Of a DNA stretch of 64,000 nucleotides, positions 1-9,357 are shown in pieces. Source of the DNA: Nitrospirales bacterium (GTDB lineage: Bacteria; Nitrospirota; Nitrospiria; Nitrospirales; UBA8639). Both the position numbers and the translations under genes were made by a program. Under the pieces are notes generated by a model. The model did no database searches. It was not told the DNA's origin and was given only the letters and a program-made list of their open reading frames with translations. The DNA is taken from positions 128,001 to 192,000 of the forward strand of contig OY820905.2 of assembly GCA_963555755.3 (NCBI GenBank), in the 5' to 3' direction. Numbering within the stretch: the stretch's first letter is position 1; each line of letters opens with the position of its first letter.

Positions 1-441
1 ACACACAGTCATCATCGCTTGCAAGAGTTGGAACAGCAACAGTTTGGCACTGATCATGTGGAGGTTGGTGTGTGGTTGGCCAACGAGTGGAAATTGCCAG
101 AAGTGTTCCAAGAGGCGATACGCCAGAGTCATTACCTACATGGAACAGAACCACTAGAAGAGCACAGTCAAATCGTGAAATATGTTGCGCTGTCGGGCAC
201 CATCGCCGATATTTGGTGTTGGCCAGAAACTGACCAGGCCGTGCGTGAGGCAATGTCGGGCATTCAGGCACTCTTGAATGAAGGAGGAGAGGTGTTAGAG
301 CCAATTCTGACCGAGATTGCCGAAAGCATTCCCATGATCTCTGCCTTGTTTGAAATTGACTTAGGGGCTCCTGAGGAAATCCAACAGACACTCCAAAAGG
401 CCAAAGAGGTGCTTCTGAACACTAGTGGGGCCGAGTGTTGA
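1..441 (+). CDS. HDOD-domain protein, 5' end outside window
   Basis: Frame open from base 1; E-x3-FG-x-DH-x2-VG-x-WL-x3-W-x-LP-x5-AI motif typical of the HDOD C-terminus. Confidence 0.8.
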   Translation, partial: THSHHRLQELEQQQFGTDHVEVGVWLANEWKLPEVFQEAIRQSHYLHGTEPLEEHSQIVKYVALSGTIADIWCWPETDQAVREAMSGIQALLNEGGEVLEPILTEIAESIPMISALFEIDLGAPEEIQQTLQKAKEVLLNTSGAEC

Positions 442-645
442 CCAGGATAGACCCAAACCTTTCCCTAATCCTTCCTTTTTCGGTGTACCTCTTTGCGACA
501 GAAATCCCCCGGTAGAGCCAAGTTTGCCTCATTTTTTTTGCTGGCGTATGATTTTTTCCTGTGTGTGTGTTGAGAGTAGGCGGTGGCTGCTCAAGTATGA
601 TATTGTCCACGGTCCCAAAGTTAGTCACCAAAGGAGAATGATAGA

Positions 646-1899
646 ATGGCAATCGTACAACCCTTTCGTGCCCTGAGGCCTAAACCTGAATTAGCAGCCC
701 AGGTCGCTGCGCCGCCCTATGACGTTGTATCCTTGGAAGAGGCGCGGAAGGTAGCCGAAGGCAATCCGTATTGTTTCCTTCGGGTGGGACGAGCGGAGTT
801 GGAATTGCCTGATGGTGTCGATCCCTATTCAACTGAAGTCTATGAAAGAGGAGCCGCCAACCTTCAAGGTTTGATGAAAGACGGTGTCATGGCCCAGGAA
901 TCGCAACCCGTGTTTGGGGTCTATAGACAGCGCTGGGGCAAACACGAGCAAACGGGGTTGGTCGCACTGGCGTCCGTGGATGAATACGATCGTGGGATTA
1001 TCAAAAAACATGAACTCACACGTCCTGTGAAGGAGAATGATCGGGTTCGAATCATTGAAACCCATGAGTCTCAATCCGGGCCGGTGTTGCTGTTTTTCCG
1101 GCGCACGGCAAAATTCCAAGGTTGGCTCAAAAAGGTCATGGCCACCGCACCAGATTCACAGTTCATCGCCGAGAATGGGGTGGAACATACCGTGTGGAGC
1201 CTGCGAGACCAGGCTGCGGTTCAAACGATCATCGATGATTTTCAAGATGTTGACGCGTTGTATATTGCCGATGGGCACCATCGTTCGGCCGCTGCCAGTC
1301 GGGTTCGAGCTGCCTGGGCCAAAGATAATGCGAGGTCATCACATAAGCATGAAGAAGGATTTCTGTCCGTCATCTTTCCACATGACGAATTGCAAATCTT
1401 GCCGTACAACCGTGTGGTGCGGGATTTACATGGCCGCACTCCCAAACAATTTCTTGACGCATTGGCCTCTTACTATGATGTGCAGCCTACGACGAACCCA
1501 GGTGATGCGCCGGAGGCCGGGTTTGATATGTATCTGGAAGGTCAATGGCATCGCGCCACTCCAAAATTTACACCAGAACAACGGTCTGCAATGAAGAATG
1601 ATCCCGTAAGCGCGTTGGCTGTGTCAGTCTTAACTGATCGCGTGTTGGGCCCTCTGTTGGGGATTAACGATCAGCGCTCTGATCCGGGGATCGATTTCGT
1701 CGGAGGGGTGCGCCCGCCCAAAGAGTTAGCGGCGAAGGTGGATGGCGGAGAGTGGGCCGTTGGGTTTTGGTTGTACCCGACGACTGTTGAGGAGCTTATG
1801 GCTGTATCCGATGCCGACCGCATCATGCCGCCAAAAAGCACATGGTTCGAACCCAAACTTCGGGACGGCTTGTTTGTGCATTTGTTACGGGATAGCTAG
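646..1899 (+). CDS. DUF1015 family protein
   Basis: N-terminal PFRALRP...APPYDV, YIADGHHR, C-terminal MPPKSTWFEPKLRDG; AGGAG upstream. Confidence 0.9.
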   Translation: MAIVQPFRALRPKPELAAQVAAPPYDVVSLEEARKVAEGNPYCFLRVGRAELELPDGVDPYSTEVYERGAANLQGLMKDGVMAQESQPVFGVYRQRWGKHEQTGLVALASVDEYDRGIIKKHELTRPVKENDRVRIIETHESQSGPVLLFFRRTAKFQGWLKKVMATAPDSQFIAENGVEHTVWSLRDQAAVQTIIDDFQDVDALYIADGHHRSAAASRVRAAWAKDNARSSHKHEEGFLSVIFPHDELQILPYNRVVRDLHGRTPKQFLDALASYYDVQPTTNPGDAPEAGFDMYLEGQWHRATPKFTPEQRSAMKNDPVSALAVSVLTDRVLGPLLGINDQRSDPGIDFVGGVRPPKELAAKVDGGEWAVGFWLYPTTVEELMAVSDADRIMPPKSTWFEPKLRDGLFVHLLRDS

Positions 1900-2044
1900 A
1901 TTATTTTAGATTCCGTGAATCGTTTCGTTCCTTGATGTTTCAGAGGATGCGGCCATTCCCTCCATTGTTTGACCCTCCCTACGTTTCACTTTTCGTCTTT
2001 ATCCTTATCTGGGAATGTTGAAAAAGTTTGTCAGCGGGGTTCCT

Positions 2045-2160
2045 TCGAAGTCAGAAGCAAAGCCTGGTGTGAAAGTATGAAAGAAAAACCCAAAGGGGAT
2101 TGGACCGCCACCGAAGCTACAGATTTTGCCAAACACTGTTTGTTAGACCTTGGAGAATAA
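2045..2160 (+). pseudogene. 3' remnant of a DUF3012-like small lipoprotein gene
   Basis: EVRSKAWCESMKEKPKGDWTATEATDFAKHCL resembles DUF3012; where a signal peptide is expected there is a family D left-end fragment (2011-2044). Confidence 0.6.
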
Positions 2161-2382
2161 ACAAGGGCTTAGTTTCGAGAAGTTTTGAGTTTTTTAACAC
2201 CTTCTTAGGTCCCACAAACCCGTGTATAATTTCTTGAAATAAATGGTTGAACGCAACCCCGTAAAAGAGGTGATCGGTTAGCCGTGTTGGAGTATTTGAA
2301 CCTAGAAACGGCAATTGGGCGCAAAAAAGCCGTGTAAGCTATTGGTGTGCATGGTGAAATAAAAAAAGTCGTGGTCACCTTA

Positions 2383-2539
2383 GGGTTCGCGCAAGAATAC
2401 CTTCCCCGGTTTGGGCGTCGATCCATCCCGCCTGGCGGCGTTGCTCGTCCTTTCCATACGAGGAGTATGCGCAGTCCTCGCGCCTTGCCAGACAGGTGTC
2501 TCAGCACCCAAACCGGGGAAGGTATTCTTGCGCGAACCC
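2383..2539. mobile_element. MITE family A nested in B
   Basis: 33-bp perfect inverted ends gggttcgcgcaagaataccttccccggtttggg; TTA on both sides; other copies at 37801 and 57042. Confidence 0.85.
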
Positions 2540-2573
2540 TTAGTGGTGATGAGACATTTTTTTATTTTGCGAG

Positions 2574-2734
2574 GAGCCTGTCCGAGATTAGCGATCGTGA
2601 CGAGGGGGTGCTGGGTTGGGTCAGATGTTTCGATCGTTTGAGGCGAATAGTGGTGACTATTTAACGAAAAGGATCGAAAGATCTGGCCAAACCCAGCGCA
2701 CCCGCAGTAGATCTGTCTAATCTTGGACAGGCTC
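2574..2734. mobile_element. MITE family C nested in B
   Basis: Ends gagcctgtccgagattag / ctaatcttggacaggctc; absent from the B copy at 40842; second copy at 16620. Confidence 0.8.
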
Positions 2735-3619
2735 CTAGGTGCGCCAAGAGTTTGCGCGGACTTTTGTGATCCAACTGCGGTTTCTAGGTTGAAGACTGAA
2801 GAGGATTCGCGCCGAATCGGGGATCGCTTTAATGGGTTCCACGATGGGTTCATTCATACACTCATCCTTCGGTCCCACGATGCGTTTGAACAGGAGGGCA
2901 CGGAGGTGACAGATATTGTGCATCAACTGACCGGTCGTTTCGATGTGCGACTGGATATCGCCCACTACAACTATGACCAAGGAATTCAGCCGCATGATCG
3001 AATCGTGAGGTGTTTATTTAAAAATGTGCAGATTTTTGCTTGGACTTACGATCCAGAAAATCCTACGAATGGCCCATTAAAAATATGGAAATGACCGCTG
3101 GAACCCATGTGCAGGAGTCGGGAGAACCTGAATCCTGTTTTTCTTTGAACATTCTCTGGAGTAAACTCGTCGATCAGTCGTGGGAGGTGTACACACAACA
3201 GCTTCTGACGTTTCAGGAGGCTGAATTTGAAGAGCGAACCGTTTCTTGATTGCGCAATAGCCATTGCCTTACCACGTGCCTTTTCCCCTTTGCATGTCGT
3301 ACCCTAGTTGGATGCCGATTCCGCATTGCTTCGCGAATTGTGTAATCAATCTCCGGTGTTCGACATTGTCTTGAATCCGGTTCCCGTGACGGTGTCAGTC
3401 GAGACGGTGTAAGAAGGATTTGAATCTTTTCGTGTCAATGACAGGGCACTGGCCTTACTATCATGGTGGGGCCCGTGCCACCGTTCCAATCTCGTTTCTC
3501 TCATTTTTCTTTCTGACATTTTTAGTGCGAAACCTTTTTCAATTAGAATTCTTTCAGGTACGCGTATTGAGGCTTTGCTTGACAAAGGGTACCAACCTTC
3601 CCTAGAGTTCTAACCCAAC

Positions 3620-3782
3620 ATCGATACATGAGGCACGGGTGCAGGGAAGAAGGTGTAACTCCTTCGCGGTCCCGCCGCTGTAACTGGAAACGAACCCCGC
3701 AGATGCCACTGTCAAAGACTTAGTTTTTGATGGGAAGGCGCGGGAAGTAGGTTAGGATCCAGAAGCCAGAAGACCTACCCGA
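3620..3782 (+). ncRNA. Cobalamin riboswitch 1
   Basis: AGGGAA, CCCGCCGCTGTAA, GCCACTG...TGGGAAGGC and AGCCAGAAGACC B12-box motifs upstream of the btuF-like gene; ends approximate. Confidence 0.9.
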
Positions 3783-3809
3783 GCTGAGAATGTTGTTGTC
3801 GCCCATTGG

Positions 3810-4943
3810 GTGGACAACAGGATTCATGACCTTCGATCCCTCGGGCCTGGGGAGCGGGTGAGGATGAAGAAGCGGGTGCAATCCTCAGGGTCTTTTTGGC
3901 CTTGGGGATTTTTTATTTTGGCTGGTTTTACCTGTTCGCTCCTCTTTCCTGTTTCAAGAATACGGAACCGTTTCCCTCTCCTTATTCTTGCATGCCTGCC
4001 TCTTACTCTGCTTATCTTGCTAGTCTGTGAGCCTCTTTTTGGATTTTCTGATCAATCGGGTGCCATGAAACGTCGTCAACAGGGAATTCTCACCGGGATG
4101 CCATTTATGGCCAATGTGGCCCCGCGGACGTTTGTCGATGATACCGGGCGAAAAATTTATTTAGCCAAAACACCGAAGCGGGTGGTTTCCCTGGCCCCCA
4201 GCATTACCGAGATCTTATTTGCGATTGGCGCGGGGGACTCGGTCGTGGGCGTGACGGAATTTTGCGATTACCCACCTGAGGCCTTGACCAAAACCCAAGT
4301 GGGAGATTCCCGTCCCAATCTTGAAGCCATTCTTGCCTTAGAGCCTGATCTCGTGTTGGCCATGGAGGTCATTCGAGATGACGTGCTGAAAACGCTTCAG
4401 CAACTCAAGATCCCGTTGTATATTTTGGAAGCGAAATCCCTTGAGCATGTGTATGCGCATATCAAAACTCTTGGACGCATGTTACATCGGGTCCAGGAGG
4501 CTAATGCCTTGGCGCATTCCATGCGTCAAGACATTCAGGCTATTGGGGATCGAACCAGCTCATTGCCGAAACCGCGTGTTCTCTACGTGCTCTATTCTCA
4601 ACCATTTATTACCGTTGGGCCAGGGAGTTTTATCCATCAACTTCTGGAGTTCGCCGGAGGCGACAATATTGCGAAGGATGTTGGGCAAGCCTATCCGCGT
4701 CTCAGTATGGAAGTCGTGATGCAAAAGGATCCTGAAATTCTCTTGTTCCCTTCAATGGGTGGGAAAGGATCTCTAGAATCTGACAAGGATCAATGGACGC
4801 GGTGGGACACGATGACGGCCGTGAAGAACGATCGTCTTCATTTTGTCCCGTGGGCATTGATTAGTAGGCCGGGGCCGAGGCTCGTTCAAGGTCTGGCCGC
4901 GCTGGCAAAAGTCATTCATCCTGAAAAATTTCAGGGGAACTGA
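3810..4943 (+). CDS. btuF: Cobalamin ABC transporter substrate-binding protein (true start probably downstream)
   Basis: PKRVVSLAPSITEILFAIG, VGVTEFCDYP, RPGPR; riboswitch upstream. Confidence 0.85.
   Translation: MDNRIHDLRSLGPGERVRMKKRVQSSGSFWPWGFFILAGFTCSLLFPVSRIRNRFPLLILACLPLTLLILLVCEPLFGFSDQSGAMKRRQQGILTGMPFMANVAPRTFVDDTGRKIYLAKTPKRVVSLAPSITEILFAIGAGDSVVGVTEFCDYPPEALTKTQVGDSRPNLEAILALEPDLVLAMEVIRDDVLKTLQQLKIPLYILEAKSLEHVYAHIKTLGRMLHRVQEANALAHSMRQDIQAIGDRTSSLPKPRVLYVLYSQPFITVGPGSFIHQLLEFAGGDNIAKDVGQAYPRLSMEVVMQKDPEILLFPSMGGKGSLESDKDQWTRWDTMTAVKNDRLHFVPWALISRPGPRLVQGLAALAKVIHPEKFQGN
3880..3915 (+). terminator. Putative intrinsic terminator of riboswitch 1
   Basis: aatcctcaggg...ccttggggatt hairpin followed by a T-run. 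Confidence 0.5.
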
Positions 4944-4960
4944 CAGAGCGTGAAAACCCA

Positions 4961-6079
4961 TTGAGTACTCACACTTCCAATCAACAAGTCGATGCCCTTC
5001 AGTTACACAATGTGGAAACGAAGGGTGGAACCATTGCATACCTTTCAGCCATTCGCTGGTTCACGAGCCTCTCAGTGTTGGGACTCTTCAGTGTGTTGAT
5101 CGGTGTGGGCTGTTTAACCGTGGGGGCTCAACCAATAAGTTTTGAAACAGTTCTCCAAATAGTAGGTATGGTGCTGCAAGAAGGTCGAGTTGATCATGAG
5201 TCCGCGGGTGTTTCTGGAGTGATCCTGTTACAAGTTCGCTTTCCGCGTATCGTGTTGGCATTTTTCGTTGGGGGATCCTTGGCTGCTGTGGGGGTTGGAT
5301 TACAAGCTCTTCTGCGGAATCCATTAGCGGAGCCGTATGTCTTGGGGATATCAAGTGGTGCGGCCTTTGGCGCGACGCTGGGCATTCTTTTCGGTCTTGG
5401 CGGAACCGTCATGGGCCTTTCGGTTCTTCCGGTTTGGGCCTTTCTTGGTGGGCTTCTTTCTATCCTCGTGGTGTATCGAATAAGCGTCACGTATCGAATG
5501 TTGTCCGTGCATACCCTGTTGTTGGCAGGCGTCATTCTCAATGCGCTTTTTTCGGCATTAATCATGTTTGCGATCTCAATTGCTGACCCGAGTCGGGCGT
5601 TCAAAATGATGATGTGGTTGATGGGCACGTTAATTGCTGTAGAGTATTCCACCCTGCTTTGGCTTGGCGTGTTTTTGGGAGTTGGGGGCCTCCTGTTGTT
5701 CTGGTTAGCTCGCCCCCTCAATATCCTGACCATGGGAGAAGAAACAGCAAGGGCTTTAGGGGTTGAAATTGAACGAGTAAAAAAACTCATCTTTGTGGTT
5801 GCCGCATTAATGACGGGCGCCGTCGTTTCCATTGCCGGGCTGATCGGGTTTGTCGGAATGGTGGTGCCTCACGCGGTGCGAATGATTGTGGGGGCAGACC
5901 ATCGTCTCCTTTTGCCGGCTTCTGCGTTGGTGGGAGGTATGTTCCTCATGGTTGCCGATACCGTTGCTCGCACGGTGTTGGCACCAACAGAATTGCCAGT
6001 TGGAGTGGTGACCGCCCTCGTTGGAGGCCCCATCTTTCTATATTTGTTAGTGAAACGTCGGGCTGGAGTCGCACTGTGA
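4961..6079 (+). CDS. btuC: FecCD/BtuC ABC permease
   Basis: QALLRNPLAEPYVLGISSGA, IGFVGMVVPH, ELPVGVVTALVGGP. Confidence 0.9.
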   Translation: MSTHTSNQQVDALQLHNVETKGGTIAYLSAIRWFTSLSVLGLFSVLIGVGCLTVGAQPISFETVLQIVGMVLQEGRVDHESAGVSGVILLQVRFPRIVLAFFVGGSLAAVGVGLQALLRNPLAEPYVLGISSGAAFGATLGILFGLGGTVMGLSVLPVWAFLGGLLSILVVYRISVTYRMLSVHTLLLAGVILNALFSALIMFAISIADPSRAFKMMMWLMGTLIAVEYSTLLWLGVFLGVGGLLLFWLARPLNILTMGEETARALGVEIERVKKLIFVVAALMTGAVVSIAGLIGFVGMVVPHAVRMIVGADHRLLLPASALVGGMFLMVADTVARTVLAPTELPVGVVTALVGGPIFLYLLVKRRAGVAL

Positions 6080-6894
6080 AAAAAACATCTGGACAACCCT
6101 TGGCCTTTGATGTTCGGGAGCTATCCTTTCGATACGATCTTTCTCCCGAGCGTGGTTGGGCCCTCAAAAATTTTCATTGTTCGATCGAGGCTGGAACGAT
6201 TGTTGGCGTGATTGGCCCCAATGGATCAGGGAAGACCTCATTGCTCAAACTATTGATGGGGCTCTTACCTCCAGAGTCTGGAGCAGTTCAATTATTTGGA
6301 CAAGACCTTAGGACATTGTCGCCGGCAAAGATTGCACAACAAATTGCCTTCGTTCCTCAGGAGACTTCCCAAGTGTTTCCTTTCACTTTAGGCGAATTGG
6401 TCCTCATGGGACGGTTTCCCTTTCATCAACCATTTGACGGATGGGGCTGGGATTCATTTGCAGATGTTCAACGTGCTACACAGGCCATGCAGGACATGGA
6501 GATTGAATCGTTGGCCGATCGTATGATTTCAGAAGTGTCGGGCGGTGAACGGCAACGCGCGATGATTGCACGCGCGTTGACGCAGGATCCCCAGATTTTG
6601 CTGCTCGATGAACCCACGGCATTTCTAGATCTCCACCACCAACTCGATATTGCTCGGAAGCTTCGACAATTGAATCAGGATCGTGGGTTAACGGTGATTA
6701 TGGTGTCTCATGACTTAAACCTTGTGAGTCAGTGTTGTGATCAATTGTTTTTGTTGCACCAAGGAGAAATTGCCCAAAAGGGTTCCCCCAGTGATGTCAT
6801 CAAATCCGAGGTTCTTGAATCGGTCTATCGGTGTCAGGTGCTTGTGGATCAGCATCCGCATTCGAATGCGCCACGAGTGACGTTGCCAGTGTGA
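6076..6894 (+). CDS. btuD: ABC transporter ATPase (BtuD/FecE type)
   Basis: GPNGSGKT, SGGERQR, LLLDEPT; GTGA overlap with the permease. Confidence 0.9.
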   Translation: MKKTSGQPLAFDVRELSFRYDLSPERGWALKNFHCSIEAGTIVGVIGPNGSGKTSLLKLLMGLLPPESGAVQLFGQDLRTLSPAKIAQQIAFVPQETSQVFPFTLGELVLMGRFPFHQPFDGWGWDSFADVQRATQAMQDMEIESLADRMISEVSGGERQRAMIARALTQDPQILLLDEPTAFLDLHHQLDIARKLRQLNQDRGLTVIMVSHDLNLVSQCCDQLFLLHQGEIAQKGSPSDVIKSEVLESVYRCQVLVDQHPHSNAPRVTLPV

Positions 6895-6957
6895 GGAGGA
6901 TTTTTCCCTCTCATGTTTCTTTAATCATTAACGAAAGGAACGGGATCGAAAAGTAAA

Positions 6958-7140
6958 AACGGTATGTGTCGGGGAAGATGGTGAAAATCCATCACGGTGC
7001 CGCCACTGTAAGCGGGGAGTAACTCTGCAGGAAAGCCACTGGCCATAGATGTTATGCGTGAGAGGTTGTTCTCACCTACGCGCATAGGCTGGGAAGGCGC
7101 AGGGAAGTGATGATCCGCAAGTCAGGAGACCCAACAGCCG
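6958..7140 (+). ncRNA. Cobalamin riboswitch 2
   Basis: GGGGAA-GGTGAAAATCC, GCCGCCACTGTAA, GCCACTG...GGGAAGGC, AGTCAGGAGACC; cccttc/aaaggg hairpin overlaps the GGAGG SD. Confidence 0.9.
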
Positions 7141-7183
7141 TTGACTTCTCAACCCACCCTTCGAGCCAAAGGGAGGTCGATGT

Positions 7184-9334
7184 ATGTTTGGGTTTCTAAG
7201 TTTCTTTTTCATTGTTTCGAGTATCCTTTTTTCTGCCATTCCCTCAACCGTGGTTTTCGCAGCGGAATCTTTATCAGGAAGTCCCGATGAAGATGTGCAA
7301 GAACTAGGCGAATATATCGTCAGTGATACACGTCTGCCTGCCTTTAAAAGCAGTACCTATGCCATTCCATCAAAAGTCTCCGTGATTACATCGGATGATA
7401 TTCAGGCACTTGGTGCCAGGACCGTTCAGGAAGCCATTCAGTATTCTACGGGGGTCGTTCTTTATGATGCCGTCGGCAATAACTTTGAGCAAACGATTGA
7501 TCTGCGGGGTTTTAATGGTCAACCATTTCCCTCCACTACCGTCTTTGTTGATGGTGTTCGAATAAACGATCCGGACACTAATACCGTCAACTTTGAACTA
7601 ATTCCAATTGAATCGATTGATCGGATAGAGATCTACCCTGGGTCTTCAGCTATTTTTGGCAAAAATGCCTTAGGCGGCACTATCAATATCTTGACGAAAA
7701 ATGGATCTTCGCAGCACCGATTAAAGGGCGGTGTGAATTTTGGTAGCTTTCAACGTCAGCTATTTTCTGCTCAAGCTTCAGGACCGATAAGAGAAAAATT
7801 TCAATATTTCACTTCGTTTTCGCGTGAATTAGAAAAAGGATATCGAGATAATTCTGGAGCAAGGATCTCTCGGTTTTTCGGGAAAATTGGGTACAAGCCT
7901 TCTTCCCATACCGATATTAATGCTTCTTTTACATACGTGAAAGATAGAATTTTCCAAGCAGGGTCTTTGCCCCTTTCCATTGCAACTGTTGATCCAACCA
8001 GGAATTTTACTAGCGGAGACTTTCATGATAGGGAAAATAATGCTGTTAGAATCAATATAAGACAACAGTTTTTGGGTGGATTTTCGATTGCAGTCAATGG
8101 GTTTTATCAACGGCTTCAGGAAGAGGGCCAAATTATAGGGCAAACTTCACAAATAAATGCCTTGTCGGATGTTGAATCTTGGGGAGGGACCATGCAATTG
8201 TCCAATCAATCTGAGATTCTTGGGCAATCGAATGATTTGGTATTTGGGGGGGAATTTACAAGAAATGATTTTGGGAATGACGATACCGCCTTTTTCTTTG
8301 CTTTCCCTACATTTCCGACTCTTACCAACACTGCTATCGATGAGGATGTGCTCGCTCTCTATTTTCAGAATACACTCACATTGTGGTCAAAAGTAATAGT
8401 AACGGGTGGTGTTCGATATGACCATGATCAATTTGGCTATACCGATAATATTACTCCTGCAAATAACATAAGCCGCCGTTTTAATCGAGCGACACCGAGA
8501 GCAAGCATTACCTACTTAATTTTTCCGACAACAAGTGTATTTTTCCAATACAGCAAAGGGTTTCGTGTGCCAACGGTCGCACAACTGTTTACGTCACGAG
8601 GTGTTTTCGGATCTTCCGATCCTAACCTGAGGCCTGTCAAGACGACAAATTATGAAGTAGGAATCAAAACTCGCTTGGGCAAACATTTGGAGGGAACAGT
8701 AACAGCTTTTCACACCGATGTCACAGATGAAATCATTACCTCCTGTGGGGATCCTACCTGTGCCCCTGTTGCCTCAAATAGAAATATCGACAGGAGTAGG
8801 CGACGGGGAGTTGAGGTGACGGTGAAAGGAATGTTCGACAAATATGTTGATGGAAGCGTTAATTATACGTTCACTGAGGCAACGTTTCAGTCTAATGTGA
8901 CTACCAGTCCTTTCTTCCTCATGGGTAGCCCATTCATCGAAACGATTTCAGCCGGGGACTCCTTTCCTATGGTTCCCAAACATCGAATAAGCGCTATTGG
9001 AAATTACCATCCTATACCTGGGATGACCCTGTCTTTGATTGGCCTCTATGTCAGTCCGCAGTTCCTTCTCAATGATTCGAGTAATTCCAAAGCACGTCTA
9101 CCTAGTTATTTCGTGTTGAATGTCAAAGCCTCAATGGAGCGTTCAGTGCCGGGTGGGATTTTGAAAGGGTTTTTAATGCTCAATAATATTACGGACGTCA
9201 CATATTTCTCTCAGGGCATATATTTTCCAAATTTGGTCACTGGAGGTGGTGTGCTTGAACAATTTGTTGTCCCGGGATATCCATTTAATGTGTATGGTGG
9301 AATAAGCTTCGAGTTTGATGGTTTTTCAGGGTAG
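7184..9334 (+). CDS. btuB: TonB-dependent receptor, probable B12 receptor
   Basis: Signal peptide; plug motifs IDLRGF, VFVDGV, IDRIEI..GS...GG.INI.TK; riboswitch upstream. Confidence 0.85.
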   Translation: MFGFLSFFFIVSSILFSAIPSTVVFAAESLSGSPDEDVQELGEYIVSDTRLPAFKSSTYAIPSKVSVITSDDIQALGARTVQEAIQYSTGVVLYDAVGNNFEQTIDLRGFNGQPFPSTTVFVDGVRINDPDTNTVNFELIPIESIDRIEIYPGSSAIFGKNALGGTINILTKNGSSQHRLKGGVNFGSFQRQLFSAQASGPIREKFQYFTSFSRELEKGYRDNSGARISRFFGKIGYKPSSHTDINASFTYVKDRIFQAGSLPLSIATVDPTRNFTSGDFHDRENNAVRINIRQQFLGGFSIAVNGFYQRLQEEGQIIGQTSQINALSDVESWGGTMQLSNQSEILGQSNDLVFGGEFTRNDFGNDDTAFFFAFPTFPTLTNTAIDEDVLALYFQNTLTLWSKVIVTGGVRYDHDQFGYTDNITPANNISRRFNRATPRASITYLIFPTTSVFFQYSKGFRVPTVAQLFTSRGVFGSSDPNLRPVKTTNYEVGIKTRLGKHLEGTVTAFHTDVTDEIITSCGDPTCAPVASNRNIDRSRRRGVEVTVKGMFDKYVDGSVNYTFTEATFQSNVTTSPFFLMGSPFIETISAGDSFPMVPKHRISAIGNYHPIPGMTLSLIGLYVSPQFLLNDSSNSKARLPSYFVLNVKASMERSVPGGILKGFLMLNNITDVTYFSQGIYFPNLVTGGGVLEQFVVPGYPFNVYGGISFEFDGFSG

Positions 9335-9357
9335 CCTATGAGAAGGAATTCCTTATA

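Larger units (their letters stand above)
2301..2788. mobile_element. MITE family B (CCTAGA ends, TTGAA duplication) carrying two nested MITEs
   Basis: Ends cctagaaacggcaattgg / ccaactgcggtttctagg; TTGAA at 2296-2300 and 2789-2793; uninterrupted copy at 40842-41004. Confidence 0.85.
2284..3249 (+). pseudogene. Hypothetical gene broken by a composite MITE and a frameshift
   Basis: GTG at 2284 after GAGGTG; removing 2301-2793 restores VLEYLKTEEDSRR...FHDG; frame changes near 3030 into ORF 3040-3249. Confidence 0.65.
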
